DNA from: Oculina patagonica
Taxonomy: Eukaryota
Assembly: GCF_052425735.1 (NCBI RefSeq)
Contig: NC_135767.1
Location: 21,390,001 to 21,454,000 of the forward strand
Reading direction: 5' to 3'
DNA length: 64,000 nucleotides
Shown: positions 13,065-25,147 of the stretch, one piece after another
Numbering within the stretch: the first letter of the stretch is position 1
How the letters are laid out: the number at the start of each line of letters is the position of its first letter
Translations under genes and position numbers: made by a program
Notes under the pieces: model-generated
Told to the model about the DNA's origin: nothing
Databases searched by the model: none
Seen by the model: the letters and a program-made list of their open reading frames with translations, nothing else

Positions 13065-14412
13065 TTTGCATTAACGCTTTGACAAAGTAAGGTCTGTCTC
13101 ACCTTAAATTGTAACAGGTGAAACAAGTGTAATTGGCTAACGCGATTGTTTTAGTTTCTTTTATTTATATGTACCGGTAGTACTTTGATGACAGAACATA
13201 GGGGGGTCTTTAGCGCTTTAAAACGCCTACTGCTTGTTGATATTTAGCTCGTCCCCTTTTCCTTTTTTTTTGGGGGGTGAAGGTTATTCCTTTTGTTTAC
13301 CACATTCATGCATTATAAGATTAGTTGCATGTCGATCTTTCCGTTTGATTTTTCTTTCTCTTGATGTCTGTCTTGTAATCCGCTGTACACTTTAGAACGT
13401 CAGTTTAAGTTTATGTTCTGCGTCACAATAATATCACGGTAGGATATCTCTCTTTGCAATATATGAAAGCCAGCACCAACCGATGGGCTAATGTATCAAA
13501 TTTGAAATCGAAATTACTTGTTAAATTTGTACGCTTACGTCCAGTGGTGGCTTTAATTGTTTTTTATTTTATTTTGGTGAAAAGATTAAAAAGGGTTGAA
13601 AGCCACGAATTGATGTATTATGGGTTTTCCTCGATGTTTTGCAGCTATAGTTTACCTGCTCTATGTTGTTTGAAGGTTTACGTAGTTTTCTAAGTTCTTC
13701 TTTGTTTCACGTTACTGGTGAGCTTTTTACACTGAGGGGAGCCGACCTGATTGAATACGAGGTACTTTTGTACACTAGAGGTTTCAATTAATGTTCGTGG
13801 GAAGCGAGATTCTCAATATTTCAGTTGTGATTGTATCCCTTAGTTGTTTATGACACCACAAAAAAATAAAAAAAATCATAATGAATGTTCGTAATTTCTT
13901 TAACTGTTAGTGAAATTTTCCAATTACACACATGGTCAATAATGCATTAAACCTTTCACTCCTGGAGACAGGAACAGAACTTTCGTCCCAGTTGCAGCCT
14001 GTAAATAAGCTATCTTTCTCAAGATAAGATAATTTAAAATTACAGACAGCAGGAGGGTATTCGAAACACACGTGACAAAATCGCGATTGGCTTCATTTGC
14101 CTTTGCATCTGATTAGTATAGTAAAAAACATCAACTTCATAAACTGTAAATTCCTTCTGTATGTTTTTTTTTTATTGACATGTATTCCTAAAGCTTTGTT
14201 TAACCCATGCTAAGTGCTTTCTGTCCAACTACAGCGGTGATCTATTGAGCTTTGAGTAACATTACTTTTTCTACTTGCATTAAATCTGATTAGTAACAAA
14301 TAGCATTTATAATTTAAACGGGACAACCTTGATTGAAAACTTCTGCTTACTTTGTGCTGCTCTATATAGATAAAGAGTTTTACTTTTATTTCACGTTCAT
14401 CGAGCTTCGAGC

Positions 14413-15516
14413 TTATTCCCTGGAAATGCTTTTAAAGTCCAGAGTGACCACAGTCTCACGTGACTTGCTCATCCGGGCTACAACGCGGTCACTGAACGTT
14501 GACTGGGTCTCAGGCTCTTCTCTGCCACAGCGCAGGACAATCTTGAGCGCCTGACGATATTTGGGAATTCTCCACGCGTAGACAAACGGGTCAAGCAGGA
14601 ATTTCAGGTAAAGTATGTTATCCACCATGAGATTGACAATCAGAACTTTTGGACTGTTAACGTCCTCATTGGAGTACAAGCGATAAATCCACAACATGGC
14701 GGAGGGCTGAGAAGCCAGAAACAATATGGCAATCAGAAGAAAGTTCACAATAATAAACTTTCGCTCCACGCCCGTTTGCCTACCATTCTTTCTTTCATCT
14801 TGTGTGTTGCTGTCTTCTTGAAGATTTTTGGAAGCGGCCATTTTCTTCTTGAAAGCGATGTATAGGAGAATATAAAAGATTATGGTCAGATATATCAAGG
14901 AAATGGAATGAAATGTATTGTCGATCTTTTGTGCGATATCTAACGGGATGCCCATACGAGGTGACACGCTGAACAGTATAGAGTAAACGTAAATGACCAA
15001 GACGCAGATAATCACACGTTTTTTCGTCACCTTTCGCGCGTGCTTCAAAGGCGAAATCACGACAATGTACTGTGTGATGGTAAAAGCCAACACGATAAGA
15101 AACGAGGCATTCATGGCAGCTACAGCTATCGTTCGTCCTGTCTCCAAGAGAGGTATACATATAGAAGCAGTGTCAGGGTGTCCAAGATACATCATTATGA
15201 AACATGTAGCGTACATGGGTTGCTGGGTCGCGGCTGTTAAAATATCAACCAACGCGAGACCGATCAGGAAATAAGTGGTGATATTCCTGAATATCTTGAA
15301 AGGGTCGAAGAAGAAAACAATAAGCAACAAGCCGTTTGCTACGATGGTTGTGAATGAAACGAAGATCATGTAGATTGCGGAGCCAAAGGCAAACTTGTAG
15401 AACTCGAGATAAGGGTTAACCATTGGCGCTGAAGGTGGCGGTATAGGCTGTGGACATGAAAAATTTGCAGTAAAATTTGTTGTTAAGTTGCATCCTTTCG
15501 CTGGTAAACGTTCCAT
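14413..15516 (-). CDS. Atypical class A GPCR copy 5 (subfamily B), 367 aa
   Basis: Intact 7TM ORF with family motifs; very close to 25148-26251. Confidence 0.93.
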   Translation of the reverse strand: MERLPAKGCNLTTNFTANFSCPQPIPPPSAPMVNPYLEFYKFAFGSAIYMIFVSFTTIVANGLLLIVFFFDPFKIFRNITTYFLIGLALVDILTAATQQPMYATCFIMMYLGHPDTASICIPLLETGRTIAVAAMNASFLIVLAFTITQYIVVISPLKHARKVTKKRVIICVLVIYVYSILFSVSPRMGIPLDIAQKIDNTFHSISLIYLTIIFYILLYIAFKKKMAASKNLQEDSNTQDERKNGRQTGVERKFIIVNFLLIAILFLASQPSAMLWIYRLYSNEDVNSPKVLIVNLMVDNILYLKFLLDPFVYAWRIPKYRQALKIVLRCGREEPETQSTFSDRVVARMSKSRETVVTLDFKSISRE

Positions 15517-16244
15517 TTTGCGTTAGACCGGTGAGTCTCACCTTTAAGCTACTGACATGTAAAGCACGTGTAACCCTCAACAGAACCATCTAATTTTTAT
15601 CTATTCTCATACCGGTAACGCTTTGATGACTGAACTTAGGTGGTTAACTGGCATTCAAGTCTCCTACTGTTTGTGAATATTTGTTTATTAGCCATATTCA
15701 TGTATTGAATGAATGAATAGTTCTTAGTTTATCCACTTCAATTTTTTATTCGCGGTTTGTTTTGTTAAGTATAATGTACTGCACGATTTATGTTATTCTA
15801 TACGTCACAACACAATGTTATTTCTCTTTTTATAATCTGATATGAAGCCATTACCAAACCTACAATATCAAATTTTGAAATGAAAATTAATAGGTAAAGG
15901 ATATAATTTTTATGTACACTTCCGGCAGCGATTTAATTATTTAGTTTTTTAGAGGAAACATTTGAAATGAATTGGAAACTGCAAATTGATTGATTCAAGA
16001 TTTTTGTGTTTAAGTTAAATCACTCTTAGCAGTGGTTTAATTATTTAACTTTTTGGAGGAAATATTTGTAATAAATTGGGATCCGACTAATTTAATTTTT
16101 TAGATTTCATGAAAAAAGAGATAGTCGCATTTGTGATGGAAATTGTTTAGTCAGTGAAGTTTCCAATAGGCCAAGCTTCTGAAATCGACATGAAGAAGAC
16201 AAAAAGAAAAAAAAACTCTGAAGCGGTCTCGTATCGAAATTACT

Positions 16245-16440
16245 CAGAAAAGAGAAATTCTGAGCCCCCCAACAGGAGTCCAACCCATGACCTTCCAGAT
16301 ACCAGTTGGACCTATTACCACTTAGCTATTGGAGATTCATGACGAGCGAGGTAGTAAGCTAAGTTCTTATGTGTGAAAGGTAGTTCGTACGACTCCAGTT
16401 AGGGCTCAGAATTTTATATGGTGAGTAGCTGCGTTTAAAA
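16245..16440. repeat. Degenerate palindromic, tRNA-like repeat
   Basis: aattctgagccc...gggctcagaattt inverted arms around a decayed B-box-like ggagtccaacccatgacc. Confidence 0.4.
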
Positions 16441-16934
16441 AACGATTATTCGTTCATTTCATCCAAGTCGCCATTTTGCCTATCAAATAAACTTAAACTA
16501 AAACACCGCTAATTTGTTGGAGATTTTGCTATTTTAAAAATAAAAGAGTTAATTTGAGCTCAACGAAATTTGCTAAGGCCTTATTTTTGTCTCGTTTTAA
16601 TCTTGCAGAAAACTCGCTATAGTATAACTTGATTCGACTACTTAAGAACACATAAAGCAACGTGCTCTATTTTGCTATTTGAGCGGTCGTTGCGCTGATT
16701 AAAGCAATTTGAAACTTAGGTCTTACATCCGAAATCCCCGAGATTCGTCAAATTAGCCCTAACTAGGGTGAGTTGTAGGAGGAAGCTTATGATCAAAATT
16801 TGGACAATTTGGCACGGAAGTTTAAAACCAAACAGAAACAAAACAAAGGGAAACCCAGCATTAGCTACATACTATGTTGTGAGCAAAAAGCATCAGGCTA
16901 CCTGCATGATATTTGTACGGTGGCCCACAACTGT

Positions 16935-17130
16935 CACGGCAAAAGAAAAAGACTCGCGGCAAAAAGAAAAGCCTCACGGCAAAAAGAAAAACCTCGCGGC
17001 AAAAAGAAAAACCTCACGGCAAAAAGAAAAACCTCGTGGCAAAAAGAAAAACCTCACGGCAAAAAGAAAACTCACGGCAAAAAGAAAAACCTCGCTGCGA
17101 AAAGAAAAGCCTCACGGCGAAAAGAAAAAT
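16935..17130. repeat. Minisatellite, about 10 copies of a ~20-bp unit CACGGCAAAAAGAAAAACCT
   Basis: Directly visible; explains the three overlapping Lys/Arg-rich ORFs. Confidence 0.95.
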
Positions 17131-18870
17131 AGGTCCGCACTGCGTACTAGTGCTGAGCTTTATTGAGCTTTGTGCATTACTGTATTGCTCGGTCACGGTA
17201 GTGCATTTATTAGGATTTTGTCGGCATAGACTATAGGTGTAGAGGAAGGGTCAAACTATCAAGCTTCAACAGTGTAGCGAAGGAATATTGGTAGAAGTTA
17301 TAAACAGGTACAAGGTGATCCAGGAGAGCCATCTGTAGTAGACGTTGCATAATAGCTAGAGTCGCCTCATAGAAGCTAAAGATGGACGATTCTTGCGCTT
17401 CTTGCGTGGTTAGCAACCTCCCTCGTGCATCCATAACTCAATAGTGCACGTTGTGGCGTTAACCATTTGTTAATTGGTTAGAGGCGGCGAAATACCAGAA
17501 CGCTGGGGTGATAGAACATCCACCGATCACATATGTGAATAATTATAAGCTATTACCATGGGTTCTTTTAAACTACGTATACATTTCACTTGTAACTTAT
17601 AAAAGCTAGTTTCATGTATATATCTCCTGGCTAAAAAGAGATCACGCTACCTATGTTAAACTGGTAAAAATTATAAAAGGCAAAGAATACAACGCAAGTT
17701 TTACTCACCACGCCAACGTCAGTTGAAATAAATGACTGATAAAGACCAACAGGTATTCCTCGGTTTGCATATAGAGTAACTGTGAAGCTTAGCTTATTTT
17801 ATACTGTTCGCTTTGGAAAGTAAAAATACGTAGCTTAATCCGTAAAGCGTGTTTCCTCTGGAAAATTCAAGAGGGACCTTTATATTTTTGAGCGGGGGGA
17901 GGGGAGAAGAGTGGCTGCACTGCAAAAAGGAAAAAAAAAAGAGAGAGAGAAAGAGAGAGAACAAAAAATTCGTGCAAAGCAAGACACTATAAGTAAATAT
18001 ATAGAACAAAGCCAAAAAAAATTCTTGCACAATTTGAAGCTGGACAATTATTGCTCAGAAAAATTGCCCAACTCCTCAAAAAGGTATAATGGTCCATTCC
18101 TTAGAAAATGAAATTTTCTAGTTACAGGTCGTTTCAGATTTTTCATTTTCCTAAAGGACTGAAATTTTGAGAATCATGTTTATTTCATGAATTGCAAAAA
18201 CAAGAAGCGAACTTATTGGTGAGCAGAAAAAAAATGCAAATTGGCATTCACTTGTTTAACTTCCATGATGTCACTATTAATTTAAGCCTCAAATGACCAA
18301 ACAAGCCAACTGGCTTTTTCAAGATCGTATATATCCATCGTCTTTTAATTAAAATACACTATTTGAAAAGATGAAATAAACCCAAAGATTACTAAACCAC
18401 CGAAAAAGAGGAAATTGAGAATCCGAAAAAAAAAACATTCAGGAGTCTTAGGAGTTAGAAGTTGGAAGTATTTCTAACTTGTAAGCTCTCAAAACACCGT
18501 CCAAATTTCAAACCGAGTTGCCGGCGGACTTTCACACAGATTTTTAAACACAGGAAAGGAAAACGCTATAGTTAGGTTACTGCTTCTTTTAAATGCTGAA
18601 TACAGTATGCTAAATGTTATTTTTAAAGGGTTGATTTGCTTTATAGGCCTTATCATGGTTTTCGAAGCCATCTTGACGAGTAGGCAAAAGCGGGTAGAAA
18701 TTATAGTGTTTGTATGGGAATCCGACGGCAAATATCTTTTACAAAAATTGAATTCTGGACAACTTATGTTAAGATACTAGGCAAAAGTTTTAATTGCCGA
18801 GTTTGAAGGATGTAGCTGGGCTAGAAAGCGTTCAGTTTAAACAACAACAATATGAAATAACTCAAAATAA

Positions 18871-19550
18871 AACGTTTTCTTTCCGCCCATAACGCTTTGA
18901 TAGCAAATGTCGGCCCAACCATGCAATTTTCTTGTTGACGAATGAAATGTTTTACATTTCAATGACTTATTTCTGGTGTTACGCGTTCTTCAGATATATT
19001 GGAACCTTGTGTGTGTTTGTCAGTGTGATGCTGTTTAAGGCAGCTGGTAAAAACGCTTTCGGCGAAAATGCTGCCTTAAATTCTGTAGGACTTCTTCGGA
19101 AAACGTTCATGTGTTGTAAACAATAAGAGGATATGTAATTCATTTAATTCCCGTGGAGTGTTTATATTACTGTTTCAATTTGCAGTACAAATATTCATTT
19201 CGCTCATTGTACAGAGACGCTTTAATAAACAACATAGAATCAAAAGAAAGCGTTTTCCTTCCGCCCATATCGTTTTGATAGCAAATGTCGGCCGGACCAT
19301 GCAATTTTTGTTGTTGACGAATGAAATGTTTTACATTTCAATGTGTTGCGCGTTCTTCAGATATATTCGAGCTTCGTGTGTGTTTGTCAGTGTGATGCTG
19401 TTTAAGGCAGCTGGAAAACAGTTTCGGTATAAATACGACCTTAAATTGTTAGGACTTATTGGGTGAAAACGTTTATATGTTGTAGGTTATGAGAGGGCAT
19501 GTAATTTAATTAATTCCTGTGGAGTGTTTATATTACTGTTTCAATTTGCG
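18871..19550. repeat. Two-copy tandem duplication, period about 380 bp
   Basis: ttccgcccata...gatagcaaatgtcggcc...gtggagtgtttatattactgtttcaatttgc at about 18871-19185 and 19249-19550. Confidence 0.9.
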
Positions 19551-20640
19551 GTTCAATAATTCCTTGGTTCAGTGTAAAGCTGCATTAATAAACAAGATAG
19601 AATCTTGTTTACAAGGGATCCGGAGGCGTATAATTAATAAATTGCCTCTAGGCTTCCCGCAGATATTGCACGAGCACTTAGCAATGTGTATTCAATCTCC
19701 TTTGTTTACTTTCTTCCGCTTCGCAACCCCACATGTATAAGTGCGTGGAGATTTCTTCAGAGAATGTGAGTCCAGCGCTATTCTAAATCGCGGAAGTCAG
19801 CTTTTCCATTCAACCCACGTTTTCCGTAGCTTGCTGTTTAAAATCGACCAGGATATTTCTGAAGTCTTATCATTATTGATAGAAGTTACAAGGCTAGTTT
19901 GTTTACAACCTTCGCTCCAATTTAAATACTTGAGCCGTCGTTGAAGATTCATTTTCGCTTCGTAATCTTTGTGGAAATTGGCTGAAGTAGTGGAATCAAG
20001 CTATTGTTGATTGTACAGGACACCGCAAAGTGCTACCTTAGCAAGAATTACAAAGTTGGATTTCATTCGTTGATACCAAATTCTGACACTACAAAGTTGC
20101 TTTACCAAGTCAACCAACTGGACTATTTGAGAGTGTGGTACTCTGTCGTGCTTCAAGACACAGATTCGACACAAATTTTAACAGATTTTTAAATCGACAG
20201 AAACTGCAGGTCAGTGATCTCTCTTACATCCAAGCAAATTCATTCAGGGGTGAACTGAATTTGAACACAACAGGCTAACCTGATTCTAGGCAGCGACCAA
20301 AACTGGGAAGTCGATTCGCAAGAAGCTTCACATTTTATAATATAATTACAAGCGGGGTCACCTTAAACCAGTCAAAACAGACGGTCAAATTTTCTGGGAT
20401 ACTCAAAACTTGATCATCTAGCTTACAATCAAATGTTTACGTGGAATAAAACCTAAAATACACACGGTCTGAAGCTGCAATTCCACGACACGATTGAGTC
20501 GTCAATAAAATTTGGAAGACTGGTCAATAAGAGAAAATTCCCTCGAAGTCAACCGTACACACTAAGGCGACTTCCGTATAATTGACTTACTGGATATTCA
20601 ACACTTTTAGAAGATAACATAATAAGAAGACGGTATAAAA

Positions 20641-21735
20641 ATGAATTCCTCCATCCATTGTAATATCACTGAAAACATAACAGTGAGCAATGACAGCACC
20701 TGTGGAGCAGAGCAGGAAGTTTTCTCAGACCCCTACGAAGACGCAGTGAGATTCGCTTTCGGTTCTGCCATATACATGATAGTGGTAGCCTTCATCACGA
20801 TTGTAGCGAACGCTCTACTGCTTCTAGTCCTGCTTATCGACCCGCTGAAGACGTTCAAGAATCCAACCTCTTATTTCCTCATCGGTCTGGCGATAAGCGA
20901 TTTGTTAACCGGAATGATCCAGCTGCCACTCTTCTCAAGCTGTTTTATTTTCTTTTATCTCCAAGGTCCAGAGCGAGGTCTAATCTTGTGTGATGAAATT
21001 TTGTTACCCTTAGGTGAAACTCAGGCGGCCATTACTATGACCATATCATTTCTAATAGTATTTGCGTTTACTTTTACACAATTTGTAATCGTGTCCTCCC
21101 CTCTCAAGTACGCCCGCATGGCGACCTCGCGCAAAGTCGCTATTTGCGTTGTTATTTTATACGTTTACACTATTTTGTTGTGGGTTTCGCAGTATTGGGG
21201 AGTGCCCATTGAAGTGCTTGGTAAGATCGATGTTTTTCTGCACAGTTTAACCATCCCCTATGCCACGATTATAATTTATATTCTGTTACATCGCACTTTC
21301 AAACGCAAAATGGCCGCTTCAAAAATGCTTTCGAGTGATAGGCACATACAACGGGAATCTAACGAGTCGCAAAGTAATCGCATCCAGCGCAAGTTTATTA
21401 CCGTTAATTGTATTCTGATTGCCATTCTATTCTTCTGTTCGCAACCTACAGCCATATTTTGGCTGTTAAGGGAGTTTTGGTTTCAAGAGATAACTCCGCA
21501 GTTGTTGATTATCAATCTTATGATTGATAATATACTTTACTTGAAGATTATGCTTGATCCATTTGTTTACGCATGGCGTTTGCCGAAGTACAGGGAGGCC
21601 CTGAGGGTTATTTGCCCAGTACTGAAGAAATGCAGGCGTAAATCAAGATATGAGAAGCGAATAGAAGAGTCGGTAATTGGCCAGTCACGAGAAACAATAA
21701 TGACTTTGGACATTAGAAAAATTGAAGGTGAATAG
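20641..21735 (+). CDS. Atypical class A GPCR copy 6 (divergent singleton), 364 aa
   Basis: Intact 7TM ORF; TQF, CSQP, LKIMLDPFVY, tail SRETIMTLDIRKI. Confidence 0.93.
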   Translation: MNSSIHCNITENITVSNDSTCGAEQEVFSDPYEDAVRFAFGSAIYMIVVAFITIVANALLLLVLLIDPLKTFKNPTSYFLIGLAISDLLTGMIQLPLFSSCFIFFYLQGPERGLILCDEILLPLGETQAAITMTISFLIVFAFTFTQFVIVSSPLKYARMATSRKVAICVVILYVYTILLWVSQYWGVPIEVLGKIDVFLHSLTIPYATIIIYILLHRTFKRKMAASKMLSSDRHIQRESNESQSNRIQRKFITVNCILIAILFFCSQPTAIFWLLREFWFQEITPQLLIINLMIDNILYLKIMLDPFVYAWRLPKYREALRVICPVLKKCRRKSRYEKRIEESVIGQSRETIMTLDIRKIEGE

Positions 21736-21966
21736 AAATGGCGAAAAGGTGGGGAGGGAGAAGTTGTTGAATGTCGAGAGGCGTTGATAATGATTGCATA
21801 AAAACTCATTTTCTCAACAAAATTATTTAGACATCGATAGTGCACGGGTCTAAAAACAGCTACGTCTGTAAAATAGCTACTTTTTCTCGATGAAACTGAG
21901 TCCGTGTCGAGGTTCTTTCAATTGATACACTGTATGTAAAGTATTATTAATAATAGAGTAAAGTCT

Positions 21967-22186
21967 GTATATCATGAATATATGAAAGTCATATATTTGA
22001 ACTGCGGATATACATTTTCAGCAAATGAAAGATCATCGCAGTAATGTACTCAACTTAAGCAGTTGAGAAATGCAAGCCTGAAAAAAAAAAAGGCTTGAAC
22101 GGGAAGACTATTTTTTTTTTCAGGCTTGCTTTTCTCAACTGCTTAAGTTGAGTACATTACTGCGATGATCTTTCATTTGCTGAAAA
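21967..22186. mobile_element. Fold-back insertion with 12-bp flanking direct repeat
   Basis: AGAGTAAAGTCT at 21955-66 and 22187-98; near-perfect ~75-bp inverted arms at 22015-22090 and 22111-22186. Confidence 0.85.
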
Positions 22187-23156
22187 AGAGTAAAGTCTAT
22201 AGTGAAAATTAACTCCCAGTAAATCTATTACAGCTAAGTGTTAAGCAGCTTTTGATAATATATGTAAACAGTAAATAAACCTTTATTCACGTATTTTATT
22301 ATTATTCCACTTTGTTTTATTCAACACATGAAATTAAAATAATTAAATGTACTTGAACACATAATTTTGTCTCATTCATTGCCTCTTAAAACAATTATAT
22401 ATTGCAGTGTAACGTACTTTAGTATATGAAATTTTCGATGATATGTTGCGATTTTGGAACGGCGATATTTTTAACCACCTACTTTTCACGAAATTCGAGA
22501 ATTTATGAGAACTTTCATCAAATAGTTTCAAATAGTTTTATATATATATATTTTTTTTTAATTTAAGATTTTTATCGCCATTCTTTTTAGTTTTTAGGGT
22601 TGCGCCCCGCATGGGTTACTATTTTTCCGTTCGCGCAATTCCTTTTTGGTCCTTTTCTTTTTCTTTATTTGTAAAAATTTTAAGACCAATAAAGTTGATA
22701 GATTTTTTCAGATTTTTTTTTTTTCGAAAAACTGCGAGAGACTTGAAAATTTAACGTAGCGTTTTTTACTTGTACGTTGTGTTAACTTCTTTGCTTATTA
22801 TTATAAGTACAATCTTGGCATTCAGTAGTTTATATTGGCAGGAGATGTAACAAATTTGAAGCAGTGTCAAAGTTGACAAATTAATTATAAACGAATTAAG
22901 TTTTGTGTAGAAAAATTAGTGGAGGTCCACTACAAAAACATCAGTTAGCTTAAGTCGTTCCATTGCATTTTTTTTTATCAGGGAGGTTAAGGACTAAGGA
23001 ATATTGTCAAACCGTCTTCGAATCGTCCCGTAAGATGGAAACCGCAGTCTAATTAAAATGTCATGAGCAAAAACGTGGGAGGGCGTAACATCTAATATCG
23101 TGTTGTTTTGTTTGAAAACTAAGTCAGATTTGAAATTAAACAAAAGAGGAATAAAA

Positions 23157-23494
23157 CACGCCGGGCCAGCAGAGCGCTTGAAGCTGCACTCTCGGAATAA
23201 CTTTTTGCTGTTTTATCCGATTGAGCTCAAATTTGTCACAATGATCCCGAACAATCGTGTCTCAGTGTCAAGGTCTTTCAGAAAAATGTACTTTTTGTGC
23301 CATAACAAAAAATGAAAATTATCCTTCAGTATTGTGACGTCATTTTCCCGCCAAAAACTGTTAAATTAAAAAAAAATCATACGATTGTTTGGGCTAAAAA
23401 GTTCTATCATTGTGCCAAATTTGAGCTCAATCGGATAAAACAGCAAAACGTTATCCCGAGAGTGCAGCTTCAAGCGCTCTGGTGGCCCGGCGTG
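23157..23494. mobile_element. MITE with ~80-bp TIRs (CAC...GTG ends)
   Basis: CACGCCGGGCCAGCAGAGCGCTTGAAGCTGCACTCTCGG... mirrored at the right end; flanks TAAAA/TAAAG, so superfamily is uncertain. Confidence 0.85.
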
Positions 23495-23594
23495 TAAAGC
23501 AAAAAGCAAGATTTTAAGCAGTTATGGCAGTTGCTTGGCCACTTTTTAACACCATTTTTTCCATTATTCAACCCTCCGATTCAGAATCATTTAA

Positions 23595-23796
23595 AGGGAC
23601 TGTGTCACGAATTTTAGCCAAATTTAGCCACGTGAAAAAGACCATCACGTTCAGTGAAATATTACAATAACGTCTTAAAACAGTGAAGGGAAATTCCGAT
23701 AACACAGCAAATACAAAAGAAGGCACGGATGGCCAAAAGTGACGAAGATTGAAACGGATTGCGATATGAACTTCACTCTGCCGTGACACAGTGCTT
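23595..23796. mobile_element. Kolobok-like MITE, shorter copy
   Basis: TTAA-AGGGACTGTGTCACG ... CGTGACACAGTGCTT-TTAA; inverted relative of 27368-27752. Confidence 0.7.
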
Positions 23797-24343
23797 TTAA
23801 TTTCAGAGTTTAAATGATTTATTTGGAGAAACCGTGGGAATTTTAAACGTGTTCTGTTCCTAATTATAAGCTTTCCCAGTTGTTTGCAAATTAATGTCAT
23901 AGAGTTTTATAGAAGAGTTTTTTCCTAAATGAACTGTGGGGAATGTCTCGCTGTATTTTCAGAGTGCTGATTATTTACAAGGTTTTGCAAATTTAATCAT
24001 CTGCCCGACTTTAATAATAGTGCAAGAAAATTACTAGTAGAAAGAGAGTTGCGAAATATGTTGGTCCCTTTCTTACAAATATCTGTAATGTTCAAGAGTT
24101 TTTTAACTGAATGGTAGCATTCTAATTCAATAGCAGCGGCAGGAAAGATTCAAAATAAAACTATTGTTGAAAATATGATCCGTTAAGAATTCTATTAAAA
24201 ATGTGATTCCGATTAAAATCTTTAATTTCGAAAATTTAATTTCATAAAGAGATACGGCGGGTTTTAAGCCCTTGTTTTGTTCAATCGTGTAGACTCGACA
24301 AGAGACTTTATTTCCGAGGGAATATTTATAGTGGGATGCACAA

Positions 24344-24398
24344 TTATTCCATGAGCGCACGTTGGATATGAGATGGTAGCGCCGAGTTGGCTATAACT

Positions 24399-24429
<31 letters not shown>

Positions 24430-24590
24430 CTGTTTTATTAAAAACACCAAAAGAATTGCAATATTTGAGGTGCCCGGCTGTCCTCGCCTACGCGTATACC
24501 TACCATATTTATGGTCCATGGTATATGAGCTCATATAACATGGCCTGTAAACTAGTCAAAAATAAGGAAATTGCAATATACCATGACTAG
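24344..24590. mobile_element. Hairpin-headed non-autonomous element, probably Crypton-type
   Basis: Imperfect hairpin 24344-24429 (ttattcca...gttggatatgagat / atctcatatccaac...tggaataa) followed by tgttttatta, as at the end of the 37746 element; right boundary approximate. Confidence 0.5.
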
Positions 24591-25147
24591 GGCTAGGTTT
24601 CAAATCGGATATACTATTTCAGAAATGATCGCTTCGCAAACGCTCTCCAACCGGCTAGCTGTTCCTGTTTTACTTTTTAAAAATGTAGTCTATAGTTATC
24701 TTTATCTGTTTTTAGTGACAGACCTATCTGAAATCTACAACTTAATGATGAACAAAGAACTTCTTTGTTACTGGTAACAACACAGCTTCTGTAATTAGAA
24801 CTGAGTTTTAATAAGTTTTCGTCTTAAAAATTAAAATGAATTTTTATTTCTTCTGACAATCTCTGCGTGAGTGACCGGTACAATAATTGTAAAAACCAGA
24901 CATGTCTTTCACAGACAATTGTGAATATAACAACTGTATGAGTCATTGTCATGCAGAAGCAAGCCTTTTATAATTATTATAAATACGTTTATTACTTCCA
25001 TTCATATATTTTCCTTAACAGATAATACTAAGGAAAGCCGTTAGAGTGCAAAAAACCCACGCTGTTTTAAACAAGAAAGTATAAAAGGGAAGAAAATTCT
25101 TTTCTGCCCAAAGCGGCCGCACCCGGTTAGAAGTTAAAGTTAGAAGT

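Noticed and set aside
16935-17130. CRISPR-like array
   Set aside because: Units are head-to-tail with no unique spacers, no cas genes, and the context is eukaryotic.
16768-17236. Lys/Arg-rich histone- or protamine-like ORFs
   Set aside because: Translation of a 20-bp minisatellite, open in all three frames.
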